Of a DNA stretch of 64,000 nt, positions 1 to 11,930 are shown one piece after another. Every line of letters begins with the position of its first letter. Position 1 is the first letter of the stretch. Where the stretch lies: NCBI RefSeq assembly GCF_009834535.1, contig NC_045697.1:96474001-96538000 (forward strand), written 5' to 3'. This DNA is from Camelus ferus. Taxonomy: Eukaryota. The translations under genes were made by a program, and so were the position numbers. Below the pieces are notes generated by a model. The model worked only from the letters and a program-made list of their open reading frames with translations, was not told the origin of the DNA and did not search any database.

Positions 1-2199
1 CTAGTTAAAGGTCGCATTCCTGGGATAGCCTGAAACTGCAGTTAAATTAGGTTCTGACTTGCTGACATGGGGCTTAGTACAAAGTGACTCTGTGGGGGCC
101 TACTGTTTGTTAACAAAGGAAACACTTCTGTACAAAATAAATGAGACAGATTTTTGTGTATAGTATTTAAACAGTGTCTCTTAAGGATGTTCTTTGTGGG
201 ATTTTGCTGTTTTCCTTTTGCTTTAGGGACCATTAAGCAATTTATTGATTGTTCAGGTTATTGAGGGAGCTCATGGTATCTCTGCAATGATCAACTGATA
301 CTTAGATTAGCCAAGCTAGTTTTCAAGGGATGCTTAGGATCTCTCATCTCTGCATCTCCTAATTGCCTATCATTGTTCCCTATGTAGGCATCCTTTTGTA
401 ATGAGGTAAGGATACTTCGTATGATCACTGGATTAGTAAACATTTACTGAAAAATTAATTTATTTATAACTTTGTTTAAGCATTAGTAAATGTCATGTCT
501 ACATTTAAAAAACTTAAAGCATGACATATAATAGTTAAATCCTTTCAGAACATACACCATGGAAAGCAAATTATGCACATCTTTAGTAAAAATTTAACTT
601 TTTTCCTGTGTAATGTAGTCAGATTTTCCTTCTTTTCTGAGTATCCTGTATTCTCACATATTTGTGATGGGCATATGTCTAGACGAGAAAGAAAATGAGG
701 TAGGTGCCCTTAGAACATGCTGGATTCAGGGAGGAGAACCAAAGAGCTATCCTTTTTTTGACATAGGTTTTGTGAGTAACGCACAGTGGGAGACACAACA
801 TGGTGCAGCTGAAGTTGTTTATTCAGTGTTTCATCTGATGATACTGTTGGTCTCTGACCCTATCCTCGACAAATGTTAACATTTAGCTAGTATGCCGGTG
901 GTGTTAGAAATATATTTTTCTGTCGAATTCTCATTTATTCTTCACATCCAGATCTAAGGTGTGGGAACAGATGTATAGAAAAAAAAAAAAAAAAGGTGAG
1001 GTCTTCATTCCCTGCACAGAGGAGACCATTATTCCCTTGAAAGAAAAAAAAAAAAAATCAAGTTACATTTAGTAATGGTTTTAACATTTTTAAATATTAT
1101 GTTTTACTTTTCTCAAGAACTTGACAGTATTGTTTTACTATAAATACACCCCATGACTTAGTCACTTTCTGGAAAGAAGTTCTTTCATTCAAAGCCACAT
1201 CCAAATACAGGCTCTTCAAAGTAAAAGTAATGGGAAAGTCTCATTCTTCTTGGTCATGCCCCTTGGTGTTATTCCCTAAATGGAATTTGAAACAGCTGTC
1301 AAGAAATCTAGTTAGCTAGAGGAAAGAATGTGAATAAAAAGCTAAATCATAATGTAATGAATAAAAGGGTTTCACCAGGCTTGTGGTCATCTGTGGCAAC
1401 AGATAAATTATATTTAAATATTATCAACAGTATTTCACGAGTACCTGCCTCTAACAGTTGCTGTAAATGAGCCTAAATGGCTTTATGTGCATGCAGAAAT
1501 GAACAAAGCCTCACCTGTTTCACTGGGGAGAAGGAACAAAGGCACTCAATTAGACTGTTCATGTTGCCAGCACCAGCAGCTTCAAGGTGTCCAGTCTGGC
1601 CTTATCTTAAAAGGCTGTTGGACTCCAGCAGTGCAGCATTTCAAGACAAATGGTCTCACCTGGGTTTCTTGAAATGGCACCTTTCTAAGCTGTACAAATA
1701 TGGAGGTGAAGGGGCTGATAGCTAACAATCTAATTATCTGGTATTCTAGAAACCTGTTAGGTGTAACCTTTTATATTGCTCAATTTCTATTGTAAACTCA
1801 CCGTGAGAGATGAGATGTATGTTAGAATTACTCAGACCCTAGATTTTAGTGAAGGTGCATGGAAAACTGATAAATTTAATTTCTGTATCACGCGCTAGCC
1901 ACTTCCATTTCACATGAATGACTTATCCTTAACATATTCTTATTTTAAAAAGTAAACATCTTTCAGTAGCTCAGGAAACTGAAATTATTGAATGTTTTCC
2001 CTTAGAACAAGATAGACAAATTGATACAGGTGAATACCATGAATACTTTTATCCTTCTTTTCTGGATAGAACAGATTTATAAAACCAGAACAAGGAGTGA
2101 ATGAAACTGAGTGATTTGTTTTGGGAATATAATAAACAAGATTCTGGAATCCAAGCTTTTCATGCTCAGCTTGCCAGAGATTCCCCTAGTTCTTGTGTT

Positions 2200-2360
2200 C
2201 TTTAAATAATCATGTATAAGAGTCATCTTGAGAGCTTGCCCTGTCCTGAAAGATTCTCATTTAGTAATTGCATAGTTGGGGATAAAGTAGGTAAATTTTT
2301 TTATCAGGCAACTCAGGTGATTCTTTTACCACCAGAGATCTGTAGACTTGGAGAAAGACT
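2200..2360. mobile_element. Degenerate MER5-like hAT DNA transposon fragment
   Basis: Motifs 'agattctcatttagtaa' and 'caactcaggtgattct' resemble the MER5A/B core; highly diverged. Confidence 0.35.
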
Positions 2361-2589
2361 CCTCTAGGTACTGTGGGCTTGGTACTGAGTTGAATAGATT
2401 CTCAGAAAAGCACACTTAATGTCAGTGTTTTCTAAGGATATTAAATATCATCCTGTATATCAAATCAAATGTCAAGAAGAGCAAAAGACTTGCTAATGAA
2501 GCAATAGCCCTTCTCTTCCTCATTCTTTTATTCTGCCATGTTGTTTTCTCTTGAGTCACACAGTCCTCAAATGCAGTTTACGTTAGATA

Positions 2590-3430
2590 ACAAGGTGGAG
2601 ACTGCGCATCGTCCCCAGTATCCACTGAACCTTTATTCTTTGATAGAGTAACCCAGGATTTTATCTTGGCTTGGGTTGCCTAGAACAAAGACACTACTTC
2701 CCAACACCCATGCACAGGTTGAAGACTTGTGACTAAATATTGTCCAAATGGCTGTAAGGAGATATGTTTTTACAACTTTTTAAAAATTCCTTGAAAAAGA
2801 AGGCACAGATTTTTTTTTTATTTTCTCCTTCCTACTTTCAGTTAGATGGACAAAGTTAGGATAGCTGGAACTTGAAGGAAATCAGAATGTCACCCTAAAA
2901 TATGCCTTTTTGACATGAAAATTATTGTGAGCTAAAGACACTTGAAGAAAAAAACCCCTCAGGTGCAAAAAGAGTGCTCTGACCTTCCTCTTTCACTTCC
3001 TGGAAGCAGGAGATAAGACCCCCATGGAAGATGTCTTCCATATATCAGAAGGAAAGCAACATTCTTATCAAGGACCTTGAGACCCAGAGAATTCTATACA
3101 AACAGACTTTGTTAAAATAATTCGTTAACATCCTTAGATTCTTCATTAGATTACTCACTTTTCTACAACTGACTTTTTAATTAAACCTAATACAAAAGCA
3201 AGCAGGTTTTGCTGTTTCTTTGGGTCTTTATTCTGTATGCGGGTTCACCTGTCAAGTAAGACATACTAAAGTTGTAAGTTTTTTCCTCTTGTTGATCTGT
3301 CTTATATCAACAGAATTCTTAGACCCAGCTGAAAAAAAAAATCCTAAGAAGTAACATTTGGGCTCAAATTTGCACTCAAGTGGCCATCTTTCTCTGAGTA
3401 GAGCTGCAGGTAGAGGATGCACTAGATGTC
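2590..3430 (+). mobile_element. Old MaLR LTR (MLT1J/K-like), interrupted by an ERV1 LTR at ~2873-3375
   Basis: 'actacttcccaacaccc...gacttgtgactaaatattgtccaaatgg' is MLT1-like; MLT1-like text resumes with 'gtggccatctt' after the insert. Confidence 0.5.
2873..3375 (+). mobile_element. ERV1 solo LTR, MER34/MER39-like
   Basis: Starts TG; 'gtcaccctaaaatatgcctttttg' is identical to the reverse complement of the end of the LTR at 41333-41829; MER34-type 5' end. 3' boundary approximate. Confidence 0.75.
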
Positions 3431-4407
3431 AGCCTTCTTGAAGACAGTTTCTGAACATTTTTATCTTTTCACTGCTTTATCTTTAAAGACTATATAACAG
3501 TTCATGAAACAGAGCAGAGTCAATCAATATTCAAATGAGTGGATTTTTCAGATCATATTTCAATTAAATACTACTTTTTAACTTTGAAAAGTAAATCAGT
3601 CCTTGATTTTTACTTTAGTCACTGAAAGAATGACAGTGTACTGCCACAACTGAAATTCTTTTGGAAATACGCCATGTAGGGAAATTCTTTGCTATTTATG
3701 GCTGTCAATTCTGCAATTAGACTGAGGTTGTGAACATAATTATACAGCTATTTGCTAGCATATTAACTGGTAACTATATGGTAGATGGAGGTTATGATTT
3801 GGGAAAAAGCTTACAACTACTAAAATGAGAATTCTAGCTGTCCCTTCACTAGTTTATAAGTGATTCATATCTATATCCAAGCTAAAGGCAGGGGTAGGGG
3901 GAGAAGAAATTCATTTAGTATTATATTGTGCCACTAATAATTGACATAGTAGATAAAATAAAATAGGCATTTTATCCTTGGCAATTAAATTTCATGCCTC
4001 TGCTGTGGGAGGCTCCATTTTCCCAGCTGTTAAATACAGGGACTTTTTCCAAAATCTGACAGCAACTTCTTTAATTAGATTAAAAAATCTTGTGAGATAG
4101 TGCCAAAATTTTAACTATTTATTCACATTTAATCATTTTCTGTACTCTAAAAACTACTGGTTACTCATATGCAATAGTGGAGACTGCATAAATCTTGATA
4201 ATAGATTTCATTTGCAAGAATATAGTTAACGGGAAAAAATGCAATTAATGTACTTTGCAGTGTTTCAGAAAACAGGAGATGAAAACATAACATGTTGTAA
4301 ATTGTTCTCTCCCTTTTCCCCTTACCTAGATGTTTTTCCTTTGTTGGAAACATTTTGCTATTTAAGCTAGTAATTTCTTTAAAAAGTGTTTAAAAAGGAA
4401 TAATCAT

Positions 4408-4575
4408 ATAAGATATTGAATATAGTTCCCTGTGCTATATATTCAATATCTTGTAGTAACCTATAATGAAAAAGAATATGAAAAGGAATATAGGTATGTA
4501 TATGTATGACTGAACTATTATGCTTTTCACCAGAAATTGGCACAACATTGTAAACTACACTTCAATTTTAAAAAA
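4408..4575 (+). mobile_element. Short young L1 3' end with 5' inversion (cetartiodactyl/camelid-type)
   Basis: L1 3' UTR ending in cttcaattttaaaaaa; first ~30 bp are the reverse complement of the adjacent upstream L1 segment; imperfect TSD aaaaaggaataatcata / aaaaatggataatcata. Confidence 0.85.
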
Positions 4576-4839
4576 TGGATAATCATAGACTATCATAGGT
4601 CATGCTATAATATGGGTTATGGATTATCCTATTTAAGATTTTATATTTGGAGTTATTTGAAATAAAATATGAAGAATAAGAAGGCAGGCTAAATTTATTA
4701 TACAAAATTAATTTTGCTTTTCTTAAAAAATAAAGATTGCAACGCATATAAATGATTGATAGCTACTTTAGAAATTCATTTTCTAAGAAATTGACATTTT
4801 TTTGGATTGCTTTTCTCCTTTTGCAGTTTAGTGCATTTG

Positions 4840-5330
4840 TGACTATTTCCCACAAATCCATGGAACCTTTTCTTCCTAGGTTTTCATAGTAGCATATTAT
4901 CCTGGTTCTCCACTATCTCAAAGGCCATTCTCTATTTTCTTCAAGAACTTCTTGTTTCTCTCATTTCCTAATTATGAGAGGCACAGCATCCTCCTATACA
5001 CTGCTGACTTCATTTCTGTCTTTAAGAATAACTACAAACTTAGATCACAAAATATTACATTGCCCTCAAATTTCAGTATGAGTTTTCTTCTGCCTTGGTC
5101 ATTTGTACCAGAATAGAAGCTAGAATCATCCAAACATGGAAAATATCCAAATGTGGAACTAACTTTCCTCTCCCATCTTCTAAGTCAGCTTGTTTCCATC
5201 TTGCCTATTTCCTTTTATTCCACTATTATTTCTTAAAAGTGCCTTGATATAAACATTTCATGACCATGTATGTATACTTACCTTTGTCACCATCATCATC
5301 CAGTCATTAACAGTTCTGTTTATTATAATC
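4840..5330 (+). mobile_element. L2 LINE fragment
   Basis: Pyrimidine-rich L2-like phrases ('tcctggttctccactatctc...ggccattct', 'aatatccaaatgtggaact'); very diverged. Confidence 0.5.
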
Positions 5331-6344
5331 TTAAATTTTAAAATTTCAACCTCAAGTAAATGTAGCAATGAAAAGTTACTACCCTCCTTCCTTTCTCTCA
5401 TCTCATATATTTAATTATTTTCTGGAAAATTTGCATTTGTATTTGAAGACTGCATGAATACCAAATTACTTGCTCAAGGCATAAATTATTATAATTGACC
5501 TTAAATTGAAATGTTACATAAGTTACGTTGAATTTTCAGAGTTGTCTGATATAGCTCTGTAATTTACAAATAAAATACCAAGTAAACTATTTGAAAATAA
5601 ACTATTTGGAAAATAGAGGGAAAATGTAATTAATTCTATACATTTTGAATTAGACTGATAATGCATTCCTTGTATTATGCACATTTGAACAGATTTATGT
5701 GTTAATTTAGTTAATATGGTTGTCTTTATAATAATATAAGAACATAATGTGACAGCATAATTATTTTCCATTTTACTTTTATCATGAGCTACACCACCTA
5801 AAAAATAACTAGCATAGGCTACATATTTTTAGGGTAAGATTGTCATGGAATACAATACTATTTTATATATATAAAAATGTCAATGGCTATCTTTCAGCTT
5901 TCATGTCATTCTTTCTCCCATATTCCTCACTATTTTCTACCATTGCCTGAAAAACTGCCCATTGAAAGGGCACAGGAAAATTGGGTAAATGCTAGTCTAC
6001 GTATAGTAGAATGGGAAGGCCTGGAAGGCAGGTGGACACTTAGCAAGAGCTACTAGGTATCAGATCAACACAAAGGTTCGGACTTCATCTTAATACGTTG
6101 CTTAGAATCCATCAAAATAGCTTTGTCTTGATTTCAAAAATAAGTTTTAAAATCCTAGTGAAATTCATTTTCTGAAAGATTGCCATTACATTGACTAAGA
6201 CATGGCAATCAAAGTACATTATTGTAGTTGTTAATGATAGCACAGGAATATAGTCAACAGATCAATGCACACTAGAATCTGCACAGAGAGAAACACAAAT
6301 ATTGCTGGATAGTTATTTGGAAAAGTAACTTTTTGAACTAGAAC

Positions 6345-6700
6345 TGTTAACCCACGCTGATCAAATGTGGCTGTTCAGACAGGCATTCCCTAAGCACACT
6401 ACGTTAAATTAAACAAGGAGGCCTTTAGCGTGATGTGGCTTTAATGCCTTTGTAGCCTCCATAAGCAAAATAAAACCTAAGCCTGTAAATGCTTCAAGGT
6501 TAAGAAACCCAAATCTAAGGACAACCAATCACAATAGTCAACTCGGCTTTCTCCAAACTGCAACAGCTTAAGTTATAGCCAGTCAAATAATGTCCTTGCT
6601 TTGCTTTGGCCGTTTTTCTATCGTCTTTCCCTGAGCTCCTGCCAGGTGGAGCACTCCTTACCATTTCCAGTTTGGCACTACCCAATTTGAATCAGTTTTT

Positions 6701-6731
<31 letters not shown>

Positions 6732-6766
6732 GAAATTTTTAACAAGCCTCGGTTGATCTTTTAACA
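6345..6766 (+). mobile_element. ERV1-type solo LTR
   Basis: Inverted termini tgttaa...ttaaca, CCAAT-type motif 'aaccaatcac', ~420 bp; an A26 tract sits where the polyA signal is expected. No clear TSD. Confidence 0.7.
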
Positions 6767-6774
6767 TATCTAAG

Positions 6775-6960
6775 TGTGCCTGTCACTTTTTACACTACTT
6801 AAGTTTTTTCACAGCAACTTATCACCTGAAATATTATGTACTTATTTGTTGTCTATCATCATATCAAGAATGAGGAGTGAATGTGGAAACTTGGCCCCTT
6901 CATCTCTGTATCTCTAAAAGTAGAAGTAAGGGTTCTATAAATGTTTTTGATTAAAGTAAG
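6775..6960 (+). mobile_element. L2 3' end fragment
   Basis: 'cagcaacttatcacctgaaatattatgtacttatttgttgtct...ataaatgtttttgatt' matches the L2 3' terminal pattern. Confidence 0.5.
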
Positions 6961-8864
6961 GAATATTTCTCATATTTTATGTCTGTCACAAAATTGAATT
7001 ACTGCTGTTAATGTCATTTAACTTAAAGTTACATTTTTAAAAGATTAAAATCTATATCATCCACCTCATTGCATCTCACTTGAAGGTTAAGTAGGGCGAT
7101 ATGAAAATAGATAACTGTCAAATACAAAGGGCAATGTAACATAGCAAAATTTGCAGAAAAGTAAGCATAAAAGATAATTTTAAAACAAACCTATTTTGCT
7201 ATATCATTCTAAGTTGTTGAAGACAGTATGGTCTAGATTAGGAAGTGAGTCTGAACCCAGTTAGCATATCATAATCCTTCTGAGAATATTTATAATATTT
7301 ATTCTGATGCATGGGCCACACTTTTAGGAATTCTTGCTTAATTGGCATAGGATAGGAACTGGGGCTCAGTAGTTTTGAAAAGCTCCCCAGAATGATTCTC
7401 ACTGAATGCTCCCAACACCCTATTGTTCTTCTAGCTCTGTTTCTAAAATAACATTTTAAATTCTAACTTTCCAAAACTTTCTTCTTTCTTTGTACTTCAC
7501 ATTGCATATGCCATTATTTCCTTTCACATTTTAAGATTGTTATTTCCTCATAACAAAGCAATACAGCAAACAAAATTGTTTTAAATTATGCTTTTTTGAA
7601 ATGAAAGATTGATTACCTTTAAATGTGAGATTTTGGTAGTCCCAACATTTATAAAATACTTAAAACTAGGTTATTTTTATTCAAAATATTTCTACTGAAT
7701 ATTTGATGGGACATTTATGTGTTACGTGTAAATTCTGGTTGATTTATTTTTGGGTAGTCTGACAAAACATTATTGAAATAATCTTATTACAATTCAGCAC
7801 TTGGCTATGACAGCATAAATATTGGTTTGACCATTTTCAGTAAACTGATGAGCTAGCAATCAGTTCAGATGAAAATACTAAACAAATAGATAAATATTTT
7901 GCCATAAATATCTTAATAATAAAAGAAGGCACTGAATATACTGTCTCTAGGCCCCTGACATTTTGCACAGCAGAGGCAAAAACTTAAAATATTACTACTT
8001 AGGGTACAACCTGTGAATACTGGGCTCCCTATTAGTATAACAGAACATGTGAGAACTGTGCCTCAACAGGACGAAATTGGATAATGGTGCTGCTTTCTTC
8101 AATTTTCCTGCTTTAGGCAGTAGAGTCTTGATGACACAGTTGAATAGTTTACCTGGTCTAGGAGAGTATGTAACAATTTCTTTAGAAGACTTCTCTAATT
8201 TGTGCTTTATAAAAATATGGGAAAGAATTTTCTTCCAAACTGATAGATGTTGCCTTCGTGCGTGTGTTTGCACAAGTGTGTGTGTGCACGCGCACGCGTG
8301 TGTAGTACAGCACTTAATCCATGCAGTTGAAGGTAATTGTAACAGGCCAGTCTAAATCCTCCTCTCAGAAAGCTGTTCTGCTTTTAGCCCCCATATCTGT
8401 TTTGAGCTTCAATCACAGATGGTTGCTCTAATTCGGGCCAGTAAAATAGACCAATTAATGCTGTTCACGCTCTCTCACCTGAGTCCCTGGATGACCGTTT
8501 TCTCTAACAATGCCAAGACTCTGATTACATTGTAGTGGGAAGAACTACTTTAAATCCAAGTAGAGAAGCTTTCCGACTGTTCACACGCCATAGGAACCTT
8601 GACATTTCCTATGAAATGCCATTAAGTAGACCCCTGCAGCAGTGATTCCTCATGCTACAAGACTGGCCTGTCTGGCCATTATAATCTTAAAGCTTTATAT
8701 ATTCACTTACTTCTATAAGAGTAAGAAAATTAATTTTTTTTTCAGTTTTCTCAGTATCTAAAAGGCCTAAGCGATCCTATAAAGTGCTTAATTAATGAAA
8801 TTTTTAAAATCTCCTAATCGTGAATTTTGATTTTTTCAAACCAATCTTTTAACTTTTAAAAAGT

Positions 8865-9500
8865 CACATTTTAAATAGCTTTATTTAGGTACAATTTGCA
8901 TACAATGAAAGTCACTTGCTTTAAAAGGATATGTATAATTCAGTGACTTTTAATAAATTTAGTATTGTGCAACCAGTACTACAATCCATTTTAAAATATT
9001 TTCATCATTTAAAAAGATCCTTTGAGCCTGTTTGAAGTTATTTTTTGTTCTTACTTCAGCTACAGCCAACTACTAACCTATTTTACGTATCCAGAGATTT
9101 ACCTTTTCGTATAAATGCAGTCGTACAAAATGTAGTATTTTGTGTTGAGCTTCTTTCATAAACATTATGCTTTTAAAGTTTGTCTGTGGGGTAGATGTGC
9201 TTTGTTTCTCCTTATTGCTGAATAGTATTTCCTTGTCTGGATATACCACATTTGTTTATCTGTTCAGTAGGTGGACATTTGAGTTATTTCTAATATTTTT
9301 ATTTTTACAGATACTGCTAAAATTGTTCCCATAAAGATATTTGTGTGGTCGTATATTTCCATTGCTTTTAGATGGAGCCTAAAAATGGGATTGGTTTGTT
9401 GTATAGTGAATGTGTATATATCTTGTTAAGAAACTGAAAAACTCTTTTCCAAAGTGGCTGCGTCATATTATATTCTCACTTGCAAAGTATGAAGTTTCCA
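8865..9500 (-). mobile_element. Old L1 (L1MB/L1MC-type) 3' end
   Basis: 'tagctttatttaggtacaatttgcatacaat...ttattgctgaatagtatttcc...ataccacatttgtttatctgttca...ttttccaaagtggctg' is the antisense L1M 3' UTR/ORF2 end. Confidence 0.8.
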
Positions 9501-9509
9501 GGGCTATCC

Positions 9510-9770
9510 TGCTGTAGGAACCACATGGAGAACATGTTAAGTGTCCCAATCAGCTGACCCAGTTAACTGCCAGACATGTGTGTGGCTACCTTAGATCATG
9601 CAGCACAAGTCAATTCATCAGATGGCGGCAGCTGCAAGCAAGATGAGCAAAAAAACTTCCAAGCTGAGCCCAGTCCAAATTAGAGTATCATGAATAGATA
9701 AATGCATACAAATCTAGTGTTAAATACCATTATGTCACATACAGTCTTCCTTGTGGCTAACTTACCAAAA
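9510..9770 (+). mobile_element. MaLR LTR fragment (MLT1-type, 3' part)
   Basis: 'ctgccagacatgtgtgtgg...aagctgagcccagtccaaatt...atcatgaatagataaatg'. Confidence 0.6.
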
Positions 9771-9899
9771 GGATATTGGATCTTATGAAATTTTAGTTTT
9801 ATGATGAGTAGCAAGTTCTGTTCCTAACAAACATTTCTGCTTTTGGACTATTGGTTTTTTCACTGGAAACTGTTAATCAGTGCTATTGCTAATTGAAAT

Positions 9900-10510
9900 A
9901 TGAGGGGCATGGAAAGGAGCACAGTCTTTTGCCAGCAGTGTCCTGCTGGCTCTGCCAGTGGGGGTCCCCAGCACAGTGTCAGAGGGCTGGAGCAAGGACA
10001 ACTCTATTCTACTTCTCAGCCCTTCTCTGGGTGCCGTGCTGGGCTCCTGCACCGCCTTGGTTCACGCCTGCAGTGACAGCAAGAGAAACCGTGATGCTCT
10101 TGCAGCAGCCAAGAGCATCGGAGATGCAGATGGCTGGGCCTCCTGAGACAGCAGTAAGGCCTTCTTTCCTGTATCTTCTGGTCTTTGGATAAGACTGCCC
10201 TGGGCCCTTTCTTAACCTGTCTGTCTTTTCTGACAGTTTTGTCACCCAACTCATGGCATTAAATTTCTGTGAATGAAATGTCAAGTGAGTTCATAGGGTT
10301 CTGGGTTCTCCTGACCAGTTCCTGGCAGATACTTTGTAAATGTCCCCTGAAAATCCAGTTTGAGGAAAGTTCCCTGTCTGACCTTGATGGTAGAGACATG
10401 CTTTCTGAACACAGCTGTTTTAATATAATTTTTGGCAACATTGTACAGACTCATAATCTGACAAATTTGTTGAACAGAAACCCACCTGGGGTTTCTGGGG
10501 AGAGTAATAT
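9900..10510. mobile_element. Probable ancient ERV LTR (LTR78/LTR33-like), GC-richer island
   Basis: Reverse complement 'cccccactggcagagccagcaggacactgctggcaaaag' resembles a motif of old eutherian LTR families; it explains the cluster of overlapping ORFs. Confidence 0.4.
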
Positions 10511-11149
10511 ATTAGATTGATATATTAGATATGTTAGAAGGAAGTGCTCCCCTGGCTTCAACTTCTACCCAGTTATCCCATTTCTAGAACAACATGAGTT
10601 CCTTTTGTTTTTAACTCAAATAATGATAAAGTGTTATGGTGGGAACAAAACAAATAGCTATGCATTTTCTCAGTGTTTCAAATTCTCTACCTAAATAGAG
10701 AACTTTTCAGAACTTTCAAATCTCCTCCACTTGCCTATTTCACTCGTTCCCTCAAAACCTACTCAGTCACTTTTCATCAGGGAAGTCTTCCTTCCCTGAC
10801 CTTTCTGATTAGGTGTACACTCCCACCGAAACATTGCACAGAACCGTGGGTCTCCTCTTTCTACTAGATGTGATGTAATTTTGTAGTTATTTGTATTATT
10901 ATTGGATCCAAAGCTGTTCCCACAACTTCCCTGTAAGTTTCACAACTACAAGGCCCATCATTTTGGTCATTTTTGTTACTCCTGTTCTCACCATGAAATC
11001 CTCTCAGCTAATTGTCAGTTTGAATTCTAGCTCTATTTTCTGTTTATTCTTTCCACCTTGGGAAGTTATTCCATCTCTGTGCTTCTGTATCCTAATTCAC
11101 TGAATAGCTATGTTACTTTATGCAGTATATATAATTTTGCTAAGTCTCA

Positions 11150-11370
11150 ATTTAGTCCTTTATTAGCAATGTAACATTGGGCAGAATTTAAATCCTCTTT
11201 AGTTGTCATTGTAATAAGAATGAGATACAGCGCACAACATCCTAAATCAACTATACTTCAATTTTAAAAAAAGAATAGGATTACAGTATTATTTGGAGGA
11301 TAAAAATGCATATGAAGTGCTTATCATAGTGCCTTGTACTTGTTAAGTACTCAGTAAGGTTACATTTTTC
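11150..11370 (+). mobile_element. MIR SINE, interrupted by a tiny L1 3' tip
   Basis: 'tattagcaatgtaacattgggcag...ggaggataaaaatgcatatgaagtgcttatcatagtgccttgtacttgttaagtactcagtaa' is the MIR core and 3' end. Confidence 0.65.
11231..11270 (+). mobile_element. Extremely 5'-truncated L1 (last ~30 nt plus A tail)
   Basis: 'cacaacatcctaaatcaactatacttcaattttaaaaa' is the L1 terminus (compare 4541-4575), flanked by aagaatgagatacag / aagaataggattacag. Confidence 0.7.
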
Positions 11371-11749
11371 TTTTTTTAATGGAGATAATAATCTAATATG
11401 ATTGCTGTAATAATTACATTTTATATAATATCCTTTATGTAATTTACATTACCTACAACAGGTGAACAATGCATTAAAATTGTTGTAGTTTGTGTAATAG
11501 GAGCAGTCTTTATTGTAGGGGACTGTCTATTGTTAGGTAGAAATTCATTCATTGGAGAGGATGTCAGACAAAACTCTATTTCTGGTTTTGCCACTAAGCA
11601 TCACCAATTAGCAATGGAGTAATTGTGACAGTGGCATTAATTATAACAATAAAAACTGTTTATGGAATGTCCACCTCGTGCAAAAGACTGTCGAAAGTAA
11701 CTCCAAGTGGTGAGTTAACTAGACAAGATACTGAGTTCATAGCAGACCA

Positions 11750-11930
11750 CATACTAATATTTTAGCCTTGGAAAATATTTAACCACGCCTAAGACTCTTT
11801 TCCTTCACTAATAAAATGAGATAATAGCAATACTTGTGGCATTAGGTAGTTATGAAATGAAAGAGGTAATTTACACTTAGTTTCCAGCATAGTGTTTGAC
11901 CTATTGTAGACCCTCAGTGTGTGTTAGTAC
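11750..11930 (+). mobile_element. MIR SINE
   Basis: 'ccttggaaaatatttaaccacgcctaagactcttttccttcactaataaaatgagataatagcaatac...cagcatagtgtttgacctattgtagaccctcagt'. Confidence 0.65.

Noticed and set aside
9893..10520. Cluster of six overlapping ORFs on both strands
   Set aside because: No recognisable protein; explained by locally higher GC in a probable ancient LTR.
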